Origin: an uncultured Elusimicrobia bacterium
GTDB taxonomy: Bacteria > Elusimicrobiota > Elusimicrobia > 2-01-FULL-59-12
Assembly: GCA_963702895.1 (NCBI GenBank)
Contig: OY969767.1
Coordinates: 800,001 to 864,000, forward strand
Direction of reading: 5' to 3'
DNA: 64,000 nt
Shown here: one piece after another, positions 1 to 10,060 of the stretch
Position numbering within the stretch: position 1 is the first letter of the stretch
Layout: every line of letters starts with the position of its first letter
The notes under the pieces: model-generated
Told to the model about the DNA's origin: nothing
Databases searched by the model: none
What the model saw: only the letters and a program-made list of their open reading frames with translations
Translations under genes and position numbers: made by a program

Positions 1-8
1 CAAAGTTT

Positions 9-2594
9 GTGCTTCATGAAACGGCAGAGTTTGGGATGAATGGTCAAAGCGTCAGCCATGAAGTCCTGGAAGAGAACGGGTTGGATGCCGATGGCGATTC
101 CAACATCACGCTCATGCAGCTCTATAAAAAGTTCTCTCAATTTATCCCGACGATCGAACAAGAACTGATTAATCATCATGGACGTCGTCAGGAAGCTGAA
201 TTCGCTATGAAGGCTTGGAAGTATATTCGCGAACAACGCCAAGAAGCCCCCGCTGATCCCGAGAAGCTCATAGAAACCAACGGGCCGCTAGACGAGCCTG
301 GTCGCCCAGCAAGACCCGATCTTCATATGGGAAATCTGACTCCTGAGGATATTAAGGTGATTAGTTCCTTCGCGCGGCGTAAGGGTCTAGTACCACAGAC
401 CGGTTTTCGCCCTGCGAGATTACAGGACTTAGAACCCATAGACCCCACTCGTTCTCCTGACGAAGCGGTTCGAGCTCATTTGAATGGATTTGTGATTACC
501 CAGTTCTTCGATGGCGGAAATGCAAGTCGTATGAAAAAAGGGTTAGCAAGTCGAGGGTTGAACAACGTCTTAACAGCAACAGAAAACCTAGCATTACATT
601 TCCTGCCGCCCGGAAAAGTCTTGGATGGAGTTCCAGATCCAATTTACTGGGGGGCCAGAACTCTCTTGCGCCTCAATCAATCGGTTCGGAAGTTGGCAAG
701 AAATAACCCTAAATACGGTGTTTCGGAGCTGCAGGCCTTAAAAAATCAGAGAATCATTCTCCATGTGAATGATCAAATGTTGCCATATATCGAGCAAGAT
801 TTACTTGACCACTATTTCTATGGGTTTGAACCAGAGAACATCTATATCCTGGTCAGTCGTACATATAACAAGCTGGTCTACGATGCTAAGTTAAAGTTGT
901 GGGTCCAAGGAAGAATGAATGAAGACCCTGACTCGCAGTCTGTGCTGGGCAACGGCACCCCCATCGAAATGTTGCTAGAGGACAGACAAGTTTATAATGC
1001 CTCCAGCCTCACGGGGCCGTTCCATATTCTGGAACCCAGCCTGTTAAGCCTCCTAAGGGCGCTCTATGAACAGGACCGTTACTCCGTTCAAGGATTAGTC
1101 CCTTATATTCGACAGGTCCGGATCAACAACATAAAGGCATGGGATCCTCAAGTCATAGAATTGGACCGTTCCGCTTTTATCATCGATCGAATTCGGCATG
1201 GAATAGGAAATGTCATAGAAATGGTGGAGAACCCTCCTCTGTATGATTCCGAAGATGAAAAACAAAAGGCTTTGCGTGGAGAATTGAAGCCTCAAAAAGG
1301 CGGTCTCCCTCAAGTCGTGATTGGCAAAGACCAGACCTATCTGATGGGGCCAGAAAAGCTTTCTTTGGCTGATCAAAAGAGCGATGCGGTGCAAACTGCC
1401 GGAGAAAAGGAGGCTTTGTCCCGAGAGGAACCTCCTATGCTCAATCTGATGGGGGGTGCTATGGGTTTGGAAGCACTCGCCGTAGCGCTTCCTAAACGAT
1501 TGGAGCCGGGATTTGTCCCTGGAAATGATCAGAGAGGAAATCTTCAATACATAGAAGGGCAATATGTCGTCTTGGAAATGACCCTGGATCTTGGGTTCCG
1601 CAGTTGCTTCTTTTATGTGCCAGGCGCTAAGCTGGAAGATTGGAAGGAAAGAAAATTGAGTCAGGACGACAAGGCTCGTGAAAAACTCGTCTTGATGAAC
1701 AGCGACAAGAAATTCCTCACACTGGCTGCTTATTATGGTTTTAATCCAGCACCCATTGCACAGCGTCACGGAGTGACTATCGAAGATTTAGTAAAGGAGC
1801 TGAGCGAATTCGAATCGAATGAGTACGGAATGGTCGATGTGAGATCTTCCAGAAGCCTGCTGGAAATAAGAGGCCGAGTTGTCGCCGCAGAGGCTATTTT
1901 GAAAGGAAGCACTTCGCCTTCTCCAGTCAACGGCGGTGCCCTGCGCCCCACCGAGGCGCACTGGTTTGCCGGGATCGCAGGAGCAGGCTTAGTCCTGGGA
2001 GCTCTGGTTCAGTTGCCTGTGATGCTCCTCGGCATCTTGGGCGCGTTTGCGGTCGCTGCAGCGGGTCAAGAAATCGCAGTTGTCTCGCGCGCTGTGGCAA
2101 CGCGTGATATCACGGTCCTCACATCTCAGCATCCCATCGCCTGGTATGACTTCACCACCCAGACCGAAGATGTTGAATCGGTACCGGCTATTGCGCGCGT
2201 CTTCGCTCACGCCCATGAGATGGCCAGGGCCTTGACCCAATCACGCGGTGCTGTGGCTCCTCGCTTGGTCGCTCCCTTGACGCTGCCTCTGGCGGTTTTG
2301 GATTACGCCGTGGCGGGTGTCTCTCATGGGATCAACCTGGCGCTTTCGAAGCTGACCCGTGGCCAGATCCCGGTTCCCGATCTGCAAATGTTGAAGAAGA
2401 TGAGGGACGAGCTGCCCAAAATTGAGCATCAGCTCGCTCCCACACGTCAAGCTTTAGCCCCACCTGCCAGCGGCGCATGGAAGAAGGTCTGGGCGGGCAT
2501 TCAAACACGGGCCGGCGCCGTCTGGAAGAACTCCAACGCCCGAACGGAAGCCGCTGAACTCGCCGCGCGAAGGGCTCTAACCACCGCCGCCTAA
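9..2594 (+). CDS. C-terminal part of a large protein (5' truncated by the window): UDP-sugar pyrophosphorylase (UDPGP/UAP)-like domain plus C-terminal membrane module
   Basis: Frame is open from the window edge. Motifs FFDGGNASR, YFYGFEPENIYIL, VLGNG, RINNI and QKGG occur in the order seen in UDPGP-type nucleotidyltransferases. Hydrophobic hairpin near the C-terminus; ends RRALTTAA. Confidence 0.6.
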   Translation: MLHETAEFGMNGQSVSHEVLEENGLDADGDSNITLMQLYKKFSQFIPTIEQELINHHGRRQEAEFAMKAWKYIREQRQEAPADPEKLIETNGPLDEPGRPARPDLHMGNLTPEDIKVISSFARRKGLVPQTGFRPARLQDLEPIDPTRSPDEAVRAHLNGFVITQFFDGGNASRMKKGLASRGLNNVLTATENLALHFLPPGKVLDGVPDPIYWGARTLLRLNQSVRKLARNNPKYGVSELQALKNQRIILHVNDQMLPYIEQDLLDHYFYGFEPENIYILVSRTYNKLVYDAKLKLWVQGRMNEDPDSQSVLGNGTPIEMLLEDRQVYNASSLTGPFHILEPSLLSLLRALYEQDRYSVQGLVPYIRQVRINNIKAWDPQVIELDRSAFIIDRIRHGIGNVIEMVENPPLYDSEDEKQKALRGELKPQKGGLPQVVIGKDQTYLMGPEKLSLADQKSDAVQTAGEKEALSREEPPMLNLMGGAMGLEALAVALPKRLEPGFVPGNDQRGNLQYIEGQYVVLEMTLDLGFRSCFFYVPGAKLEDWKERKLSQDDKAREKLVLMNSDKKFLTLAAYYGFNPAPIAQRHGVTIEDLVKELSEFESNEYGMVDVRSSRSLLEIRGRVVAAEAILKGSTSPSPVNGGALRPTEAHWFAGIAGAGLVLGALVQLPVMLLGILGAFAVAAAGQEIAVVSRAVATRDITVLTSQHPIAWYDFTTQTEDVESVPAIARVFAHAHEMARALTQSRGAVAPRLVAPLTLPLAVLDYAVAGVSHGINLALSKLTRGQIPVPDLQMLKKMRDELPKIEHQLAPTRQALAPPASGAWKKVWAGIQTRAGAVWKNSNARTEAAELAARRALTTAA

Positions 2595-2633
2595 AGCGAC
2601 CGTGGCAGAGTCAATAAAGGGCCCTCCAGTCAT

Positions 2634-2701
2634 ATGGGCCTATTGGTCCTGAATAATTAGCTTTTCGCTCTATTCATGCAAAGCTCTGATTACCCTATAC
2701 T
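2634..2701 (+). promoter_or_regulatory. Putative activator box (ATGGGCCTATTG) plus -10 TATACT upstream of the giant protein gene
   Basis: Box starts at 2634, TATACT at 2696-2701. The same 62-nt offset recurs at 9374 and 49686. Confidence 0.5.
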
Positions 2702-2780
2702 TTTCTATGCAAGCTCCCGTTCAGAAGTTGCGACGATGATCAATCGCCGGAACGATGGCGCATCTCAAAAGGAGAATCAC

Positions 2781-5700
2781 ATGGCACGTCCCTTCTTCAA
2801 CAAAGCCCAGCGCGAACGCTTCACCAAGGCCCTCAGCCTTACGCTTTGCCTTGCTTTCATTTTCAGCTCCTCGGTGACCCCGGCCGCAGCAAGCGTGGAA
2901 AACCCCGCCGCACAGGCGGAGTCCGCCCGCGTCGCCCAGTTGACGCCCCCCAGCGAGCTGGGGACCGTGGTGGACGCGCACATTGCGTCCCAAGATCTGA
3001 GTTCTCCGCTCGTCATCCATATCCAGGATCTGCACGCCAATTTCGATGTTCAAACCAAGATCGCCCGGCTCATCGAGTTCTACGATTCGCACCTCCCTCC
3101 CTATAAGGTAGCGGTGGAAGGCGCGGAAGGCCCGATCACCGCGACCCAATTGGGCAAAGTGTCTGACCGCGCTTTTAAGACCAAGGTCTGTGACCGCCTC
3201 ATGAAAAACGCCGAAATCACGGGAACGGAGTACTTCTCGATCGTGAATGGCAAACCCGACCTGCTGTGGGGCGTGGAAGACCATCGCTACCATGAGGCCA
3301 ACATTGCTCTATTCCGGTCTACCTATAAGGGTAAGCGCGAACTCGCTCGCGCCCTGGGCAAGCTCCAGGCGGAATTTGCCCCTATTAAACAGAAGGCCTA
3401 TTCTCGATCCATGCGCAGGCTGGACCGAAAGGCCGCAGCGTACGAGTCTGGAAAAATCGATATTGTGAAATACATCCGTGTTCTGGTGAAACAGGCTTCC
3501 AAGCAGGGTATCGATATCGCCGGTCGCTATCCCGAGATTGCCAAGTGGACCGGATACGCCAAAGCCGATCAATACGCGAACATGGACAAGCTCATGACTG
3601 AGCAAGCGGCCTTGTTGACAGAAGTCCAAACCAGCCTTGCTAAGACAGACCTGCAACGTAACATCGCCTCAACATCCGTTGAGCTGGATGTGCTTCGCCG
3701 TATGTTGACGGAAGAAGTCACAACGGAAGAGGTCCGGCATCTGGCTCCAGAGCTGTCACAGGTGGCCGGCCGGGCGCAGTTTCTCATGGATCAAGCTGGG
3801 GTTTCTTATGAAAAGCAGGGCGCGGCGGATCTCGTGAGCGCCAGCCTCGACTTTTATGCCGTGGCCTTGCTCCGCGATCAACATCTAACGGAAAATGCCT
3901 TAAAACTCATTCAAAGCCCGACCTCTAAAACCCACCATGTAATTTTAGTCGCCGGTGGGTTTCATACGCCGGGGATCACGAAGATCCTGAATCAAAAAGG
4001 TGTTTCCTACATCACCGTCGCGCCCAACGTCACAACCCACACTGCCAGGGACAAACAGCTTTATGTTGCCCGACTCATGGGACGGCATGGGGATCCGGAC
4101 GATATGGCTGCTGGAAATGACATGCTTTCGTGGATGCTCAATACGCCATTCGGTGAGTGGGTCGTGGCCAGGACAGCGCTTCGAACGGCACAGGCTGACA
4201 AAAACCCTCAGATGGCGCGTGAAGTAACGGATGTTTTCGGAGCTCAGACGGCCCTTGCCGTTAATCCGCCTCCCCGTGGGAAACTGCGCGACTACACGGG
4301 CGCGGGTAACACCTCGATTCATATAGCGCTCGATCGTGCAAGAGGTTTATTCTACAGTGACAAATCTGCGGCCGCGTTGCTCCTCTGGGAGCTCAGAGAC
4401 GACATTGCTCTGGCAATGAAATCGAATGATATCGTCCCTTTAATGGATAAATGGAATGAACGGTATCCCCTGAGCAGTGTCAGTGACCCAGGCGTTGATC
4501 TAATGCTGTCAGACCTTCCCCGGGCGTTCGAGGATGCCAACCTACTATTGAGTAGTCTCCCACCCGAGATTGTTGGAGAGGCTGCTTTGGCCATCGCAGC
4601 GCGTGTCCAAGCTGCTGCCGCAGCCAAACAACGAGAAGGAGCGGTGGCGAAACGCGTGACGGCAACAGTCCTGGAATACAATGTGGGTCATTTGTTCGGA
4701 GATGGAACCTTTACGCTCACCGACGCTGTGCTCGATGCCGCGCGTAAAGTTCTGCAGGAACTCAAAGACGCGGGAGTGATCAAAGACTTTGTGGTGAATG
4801 GGTTTGGGCAGGATCTTCACATGCAAATTAATACCTATGGCCGAGGAACGCAAGACCTAACAGTCCAAAGCGTGGGACTCAAAGCGGCACAAGCGGCTGT
4901 TCGAGCGGGTAAGGAGGCGGGCTTGCTGAGGCCGGTTACTTTGGACGATATTACGGCTGACTTCTTTGATCTGAATGCCGCGATGCAGGTTGAAGCCCTG
5001 TTGACACGTCATTCGGAGTTGCCTTTTACGGAACGTGGAGCCGAGCCGATCTCCGTTTCAAAGGCGATCGGAGGCGGAATTGGGTTCTTTAACCGCGCTC
5101 TGGTGAACCTCTATTTTTCCGAGAACGTGTCGGGACCTCGACTGGAAGGCGCCGGGGTCTTTTTTACCGTGGAAAGCGCTGCGGATATACGCGCGGGCAA
5201 CAAGAACCGCAAAGTCTATGTGTTTGGTGATACGCCTTCGTGGCCGGAAGACGGCATTGATTTAGTCCGCCCCAACAGCGACCGGCCTCTCCATGTGCGG
5301 AAAGATCAAATCGGGACGTTTAAGCAGATGTCCGTTCTGATTGGCGATCCTACGACGTGGGTTGTCACGGCCGTCTACGCGGCGCAGGGACGCATGGCGG
5401 AAAGCAAAGAGACAAGAGTGGAACCCATAGCGGTCGTTGGGGTGGAGCGTGTTTACCCGACCAACACGGCTATTCCAACGAGCCCGGTATTGATTGTTCG
5501 CGGACAAGGCGGCGCTCCGGCCATTGGGGAAACTCATATGGCCACGTCAAAGTTTTATTTTGGTCCTGGTGGTGACCACGAAGGGTATTACACGGGATTA
5601 CTTCCTGTAACGCTTGAACAGGCACGCTCGATGCCAGATACCCACATGGTGACCAAAGTCGCCACGTATCACTATCAATCGAAGAAAAAAGGTGAGATGC

Positions 5701-7853
5701 CTCACGGGGACATTTATGACCAAATGGCCGCCGACACAAAGGAGACGGTCGCCCTCCAAACCTCGGCCATGGGGCTCGTGCGCGAAGCAGCGGAGGTCGA
5801 CAACATGGTCCCCTTTATGACGACGGATGAGGCCGAGCGCCAAATGGCTCCTGTGCGCACACGCGTGGCCGATCGTTTCGAACCAGTGCCGGATTATAAA
5901 AAGGGCGAAAAGGATCCTAAAGTTGATAGCGCCAATGCCTTATCGAAGGGTCGCACGCTCTCCGATATCAAAGCGGATGCGGGCGGAAAAGTTGGGCATA
6001 CCGTGGTTCCGAGCTACTTTATTCCTGTGGCCGAAGCCAGTCTCCAGGCCGCCAAGGAAAGCGGTCTTATCGACGATTACAAGGTGTTCTATGCCGGTGA
6101 CGATCTGCACTTGCTCATCACGCATAATCACGGGATCGATAGCAGCATCGTTCATACATTAGCCTGGGAAACATTCATGCGGATTATTTGGGTGGCGAAA
6201 TCCTTGGAGGATAAATGGTATGGATTGGGTCAGGATTTCCCTAATATGCGCGGCCGCCCTGTACACCAAGACGCTAAACTCAATGATGCTTTCATGGCTC
6301 TCTTGAAGGAGAAGCTTCCTCGGGAGCAGTTGATGCAATGGGGTGTCTTGGAATACGCTTACAAGAACCAGACGCCCGTGCAAGGTGAAAGCCCGTTCTC
6401 GGGTAATGTGCAAGGTCAGGGACCTGGATTTGCCGAAATCAATATTCCCGATGAAGGTCCCGTGACCTTCGGTATTTTCGCCGCCGATAAAGCAGGTCCG
6501 GATGCTTTCAATGTTCCTTTGTGGTATGCCCTGCGCAAAGCGGCAGAAGAAGGAACCCTCTCAAGACAATTCGGCGATGTCATTGCCGAAGTCTGGGATA
6601 TTCATCATGCTCAACGCGGAGACTTTAGCTATGCTAACGAAAAGGCGACGCTTCAGGCCTTATTGGCTCCGACGCATCTGAACAGCGTGAAGCGGATCTG
6701 GCAGGCGGGTGCGTCACGGATCCTCGCGGCGCTCTCTGTTGAAAAGCTCGGAATCATCGCAGGGGGCGAATACGTTGGGAAGGACGACCCCGTCTTGATA
6801 GCGACGCCGGAGATCATTAAGGGGTTCTTTCAATTCGCGCGCGACCACTTCTACATGACCCAGGGCAACGCGCGCGGTTCGCATAACGCAGCTCCGAAGC
6901 CCCGCTCATTAAGAGATGGAATCGCAACCGTGAATAGCAAGCCGGTTCAGCTGGGACTGATGGTGCAAGTTGATGGAAAGAACGGTTTGATTGTCAAAGA
7001 TATGTTTGATGACCCAACCTTTCAGAACGCGTATGACCGAGTGGACCGGATCAATAAAGAAGTCTGGAATGCACAAGGCCTCTCCGGCGGGCTCGTCAGC
7101 GTTCCGGCAGCCCAGGTGGAAGCAAACTACCCACTCAGAAAAGAATTGGAGAAGATCACAGGCGAGAATTCACCACATGCAATCGCAACAACCGTGACGA
7201 CACGAGAGGTCTATAACCAGATCGCGGCCGCCAACCGGCCGATCCGGTCGCTGGCCTTCTTAGCTCTTGGCGTCGCCATGACCTTTTTCGGTCCGGTGAT
7301 GGCCGTTGTCGGGTCGATCTACGCGGCCTATCACCTGGTGGCGTTCGGTGCGGGAATGTTTCAAACTCACGGCAATCTCTTCGCCCGCGCGGCGACGCAC
7401 GACAACTGGAAGAACGTGAGTTTCGCGCTTTTTGGCGAGGAAGCGGCGCATGAAGGCCTTTCGCGGATTCCAATCGTCGGCGCCTGGTTGTCCGGCGATT
7501 TGAGAAGCACGGTCCCCGCCAACCGGCGAGTCCTCGGAGCCTTGGCCGGGGCTTGGGATGAAACGTTTGGCGAAGTGTTCAGTAACGCCGTAGCGCCGTT
7601 GCTGATGCTCACGGCCGCTCTAAGCGCTCTCCTCGTGCGGCCGATCGTCAACCGGGGTCTGGTGCCCGACGCCCGGATCAATTCAGGTCTGGTGGGCGGC
7701 ATCGAAGCTCTCAGTCAAGCAAAGGCAATGCTAATGGACCTCACACAGCTTACGGAATGGGCCATTCAGTCCCTCAGGAACGCGGGTGTAAGTGCGAGAG
7801 AAATTGAAGCGATCCAGCAACGTGGCCGACAGGCGATTCTTCGGGCGGCCTGA
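2781..7853 (+). CDS. Giant (~1690 aa) secreted/membrane protein: signal peptide, HIQDLH...GGFH N-terminal domain, one degenerate and one intact class V FBP aldolase/phosphatase domain, C-terminal TM module
   Basis: AGGAG RBS at 2770-2774 before ATG 2781; hydrophobic leader. FBPA/ase motifs IKADAGGKVGH, AGDDLHL, YGLGQD, FSGNVQG, ADKAGP, GEYVGKDDPV, RGSH. Confidence 0.8.
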   Translation: MARPFFNKAQRERFTKALSLTLCLAFIFSSSVTPAAASVENPAAQAESARVAQLTPPSELGTVVDAHIASQDLSSPLVIHIQDLHANFDVQTKIARLIEFYDSHLPPYKVAVEGAEGPITATQLGKVSDRAFKTKVCDRLMKNAEITGTEYFSIVNGKPDLLWGVEDHRYHEANIALFRSTYKGKRELARALGKLQAEFAPIKQKAYSRSMRRLDRKAAAYESGKIDIVKYIRVLVKQASKQGIDIAGRYPEIAKWTGYAKADQYANMDKLMTEQAALLTEVQTSLAKTDLQRNIASTSVELDVLRRMLTEEVTTEEVRHLAPELSQVAGRAQFLMDQAGVSYEKQGAADLVSASLDFYAVALLRDQHLTENALKLIQSPTSKTHHVILVAGGFHTPGITKILNQKGVSYITVAPNVTTHTARDKQLYVARLMGRHGDPDDMAAGNDMLSWMLNTPFGEWVVARTALRTAQADKNPQMAREVTDVFGAQTALAVNPPPRGKLRDYTGAGNTSIHIALDRARGLFYSDKSAAALLLWELRDDIALAMKSNDIVPLMDKWNERYPLSSVSDPGVDLMLSDLPRAFEDANLLLSSLPPEIVGEAALAIAARVQAAAAAKQREGAVAKRVTATVLEYNVGHLFGDGTFTLTDAVLDAARKVLQELKDAGVIKDFVVNGFGQDLHMQINTYGRGTQDLTVQSVGLKAAQAAVRAGKEAGLLRPVTLDDITADFFDLNAAMQVEALLTRHSELPFTERGAEPISVSKAIGGGIGFFNRALVNLYFSENVSGPRLEGAGVFFTVESAADIRAGNKNRKVYVFGDTPSWPEDGIDLVRPNSDRPLHVRKDQIGTFKQMSVLIGDPTTWVVTAVYAAQGRMAESKETRVEPIAVVGVERVYPTNTAIPTSPVLIVRGQGGAPAIGETHMATSKFYFGPGGDHEGYYTGLLPVTLEQARSMPDTHMVTKVATYHYQSKKKGEMPHGDIYDQMAADTKETVALQTSAMGLVREAAEVDNMVPFMTTDEAERQMAPVRTRVADRFEPVPDYKKGEKDPKVDSANALSKGRTLSDIKADAGGKVGHTVVPSYFIPVAEASLQAAKESGLIDDYKVFYAGDDLHLLITHNHGIDSSIVHTLAWETFMRIIWVAKSLEDKWYGLGQDFPNMRGRPVHQDAKLNDAFMALLKEKLPREQLMQWGVLEYAYKNQTPVQGESPFSGNVQGQGPGFAEINIPDEGPVTFGIFAADKAGPDAFNVPLWYALRKAAEEGTLSRQFGDVIAEVWDIHHAQRGDFSYANEKATLQALLAPTHLNSVKRIWQAGASRILAALSVEKLGIIAGGEYVGKDDPVLIATPEIIKGFFQFARDHFYMTQGNARGSHNAAPKPRSLRDGIATVNSKPVQLGLMVQVDGKNGLIVKDMFDDPTFQNAYDRVDRINKEVWNAQGLSGGLVSVPAAQVEANYPLRKELEKITGENSPHAIATTVTTREVYNQIAAANRPIRSLAFLALGVAMTFFGPVMAVVGSIYAAYHLVAFGAGMFQTHGNLFARAATHDNWKNVSFALFGEEAAHEGLSRIPIVGAWLSGDLRSTVPANRRVLGALAGAWDETFGEVFSNAVAPLLMLTAALSALLVRPIVNRGLVPDARINSGLVGGIEALSQAKAMLMDLTQLTEWAIQSLRNAGVSAREIEAIQQRGRQAILRAA

Positions 7854-7912
7854 GCCTCTTGCCCCTTCGATCTGATGCCTGCGCGAGCCGAGCGGCTCCC
7901 GGGTCATCGCAC

Positions 7913-7947
7913 GAGATCCTCGTCGAAAGACGGGGATTTCTTGTTTT
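7913..7947 (+). terminator. Rho-independent terminator
   Basis: GAGATCCTCGTC-GAAA-GACGGGGATTTC stem followed by TTGTTTT, downstream of the giant gene. Confidence 0.7.
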
Positions 7948-7953
7948 AGGGGG

Positions 7954-9341
7954 GAGTTCTTGTCAAATGTACTGGAAATAGGGCAACGCCCCTTTCGTTG
8001 AATGTCTCTTAGGCCGCGACCTCCAGCTTCTCTCTTTCCACAAATAGTACTTCAACCAATTCCGGCTTTGCGATCGGCTTCCAGAACTGCGCTAAACGCT
8101 CAATGACCTTGTAGACGAATGCCACGCCTGTTCGGGATTTCTGGAACCGGCGCACGACTCGCGTCCGCAACCGCACTCCCGCGAAGACCGACTCAATCGG
8201 ATTGCTCGTCTTCAAATGGACCCAGTGCTCCTTCGGAAAGTCGAAGTACCTCAGCAACGTGTCATGATCCTTGCGCACACAAGCCGCAGCCTTCGGATAG
8301 CGAATTTCAAGATCCTCAGCCAACAAGGCCAACTGGTTCTCCGCGTCTTCGCGGCGCTCCGCCTGATAGGCCACCCGCAGGCGATTGAGGACTTCATCCT
8401 GCTTAGCCTTCGGCACTTTATCCACGACGTTGCGCATCTTGTGCTTCCAACACCGTTGATCCTTCGCCGAGGGATACACCTCTGCCACCGCCTCCCAGAG
8501 CCCTCCGATCCCGTCGCCGATGACCAACAGCGGAGCAGGCATACCGCGCTCCGCGACCCCTCTCCAGATTTCCTTCCAGGAATCCCGGCTCTCCCGGTAG
8601 CCTTCCATCAGCGCGATCAGTTCCTTCTGGCCTTTCGCGTTGACGCCCACCAGAACCAGAAGCGCTGTGTTCTCTTTTTCCAGCCCCGCTTTTAAATACA
8701 CGCCGTCTGCCCAGACATAGGCGTAACGCGTCTCCGATAGGTCCCGGCGACTGAACGTAGCCAGGTCCGACTGAAACTTCGCCGATAGACGCAGGATCGT
8801 GCTGGCTGATAAGGTGGCTCCATCCCCGATCAGTGCTCGCAACGCCGGCTCAAAGTCCCGACTCGAGAGTCCCTCCAGGTACAGCCGCCGGAATAACTCC
8901 TCGACCCCTTCCGTCCGCCGCTGGTAGGGCCGCAAGATGCTCGACTCAAACTCGCCTCCGTCCACCTGGGGCACCGATAGCTTCAGCCCCGCCCCCAACA
9001 CCGTCACCTTCCGCTCCCGCGTTCCGTTCCGATAGCCTTTCTCCAGATTCTTCGCCCGTTCATAGCGCCGACGCTCTAAATACATCGTCACTTCTTCTTC
9101 CAGGGCCTCCACCAGCATCTTGCGCGCTCCTTCACGGGCCAGATAATCCACCATGCTCTCGCCTTTGTGCTGAGTCCCTTTCTCGTTTACAATGGTTTCC
9201 ATAACGGCGTCTCCTTTTCGTTTATTGTCCGCTCGAACGGACAGGTTTGTGTGTTTCAACGAAAGGGTACGCCGTTTCTATTTCCTAAGGCAAATCCTTC
9301 CTTGCCTTAAAACCTATTTCCAGCACTTTTGATGGTAACTC
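7954..9341 (-). mobile_element. IS256-family insertion sequence, copy 1 (1388 bp)
   Basis: Imperfect TIRs GAGTTCTTGTCAAATGTACTGGAAATAG / GAGTTACCATCAAAAGTGCTGGAAATAG; 9-bp target duplication TTTAGGGGG (7945-7953, 9342-9350). Confidence 0.95.
8009..9202 (-). CDS. IS256 (Mutator-family) DDE transposase
   Basis: YVWADGVY, IGDG, QRCWKHK and TSNPIES motifs; ATG at 9202 with AGGAG RBS (ORF extends to 9259). Confidence 0.95.
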   Translation of the reverse strand: METIVNEKGTQHKGESMVDYLAREGARKMLVEALEEEVTMYLERRRYERAKNLEKGYRNGTRERKVTVLGAGLKLSVPQVDGGEFESSILRPYQRRTEGVEELFRRLYLEGLSSRDFEPALRALIGDGATLSASTILRLSAKFQSDLATFSRRDLSETRYAYVWADGVYLKAGLEKENTALLVLVGVNAKGQKELIALMEGYRESRDSWKEIWRGVAERGMPAPLLVIGDGIGGLWEAVAEVYPSAKDQRCWKHKMRNVVDKVPKAKQDEVLNRLRVAYQAERREDAENQLALLAEDLEIRYPKAAACVRKDHDTLLRYFDFPKEHWVHLKTSNPIESVFAGVRLRTRVVRRFQKSRTGVAFVYKVIERLAQFWKPIAKPELVEVLFVEREKLEVAA

Positions 9342-9447
9342 TTTAGGGGGGCTGTATGAGGCCCACAGACGCGATGGGACCTTTGGGACGAGATTTATGG
9401 CCATAAGACGGATGGATTGCACGGGAAGAAAGTGACATCCTCATGGT

Positions 9448-9861
9448 ATGAACACGCCATCCTCCAAGACCCATCAGGCCACGATCGTCGTGATTGACGA
9501 TGATTTCGGCATCCGAGAATCCGTCAAAGACATGCTCGCCCTCGAAAACTGGGACTGCGTGATGGCGGAATCCGGCAAAGAAGGCCTGGAACTCATCAAA
9601 GCCCTGAAACCGGAGCTGGTCGTGGTGGACCTTCAGCTTCCGGACATGTCCGGCTTTCATCTTTGCAAGAGGATTAAGCGTGACCCCGCGATGCGCGAGA
9701 CGCCGATTGTCATCATCACAGGGCGCTTTACGGAGCTGCAGGACAAAATTCAGGGATTTGAGTTTGGCGCCGATGAATACTTTTATAAGCCGTTTGAACC
9801 GGCCTTCTTTATCTCGAAAATACGGAGCATTTTGAGGGGGCTGGCGACGAAGGCGGCGTAG
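9448..9861 (+). CDS. Single-domain response regulator (receiver)
   Basis: VIDDD, VVDLQLPDMSG, ITG, GADEYFYKPF. Confidence 0.9.
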   Translation: MNTPSSKTHQATIVVIDDDFGIRESVKDMLALENWDCVMAESGKEGLELIKALKPELVVVDLQLPDMSGFHLCKRIKRDPAMRETPIVIITGRFTELQDKIQGFEFGADEYFYKPFEPAFFISKIRSILRGLATKAA

Positions 9862-10030
9862 GGAACGTCAACGGCAAACGGCGTCCCCGCGCTGAGTCTC
9901 TGCGGGGACAGTCCCGCGACCTTTAAGAAATAGGATGCGGGACGACAATCGAAAATAGACAATAGACAATTTCTGTGGTGGGGGAAAAAGACGCTTCATT
10001 GCCTGGGACAGGCTATCAAGCGTCTTTTTT
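9860..10030. repeat. Cassette-boundary repeat copy A, interrupted by a double-hairpin element at 9884-9942
   Basis: First 24 bp identical to 11534-11557, then AAATAGA heptamers, GTGGTGGGGGAAAA and an AAAAGACGC...GCGTCTTTT hairpin. Confidence 0.8.
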
Positions 10031-10060
10031 ATGGGTGCATGGCCATCCAATCAAATGAAA

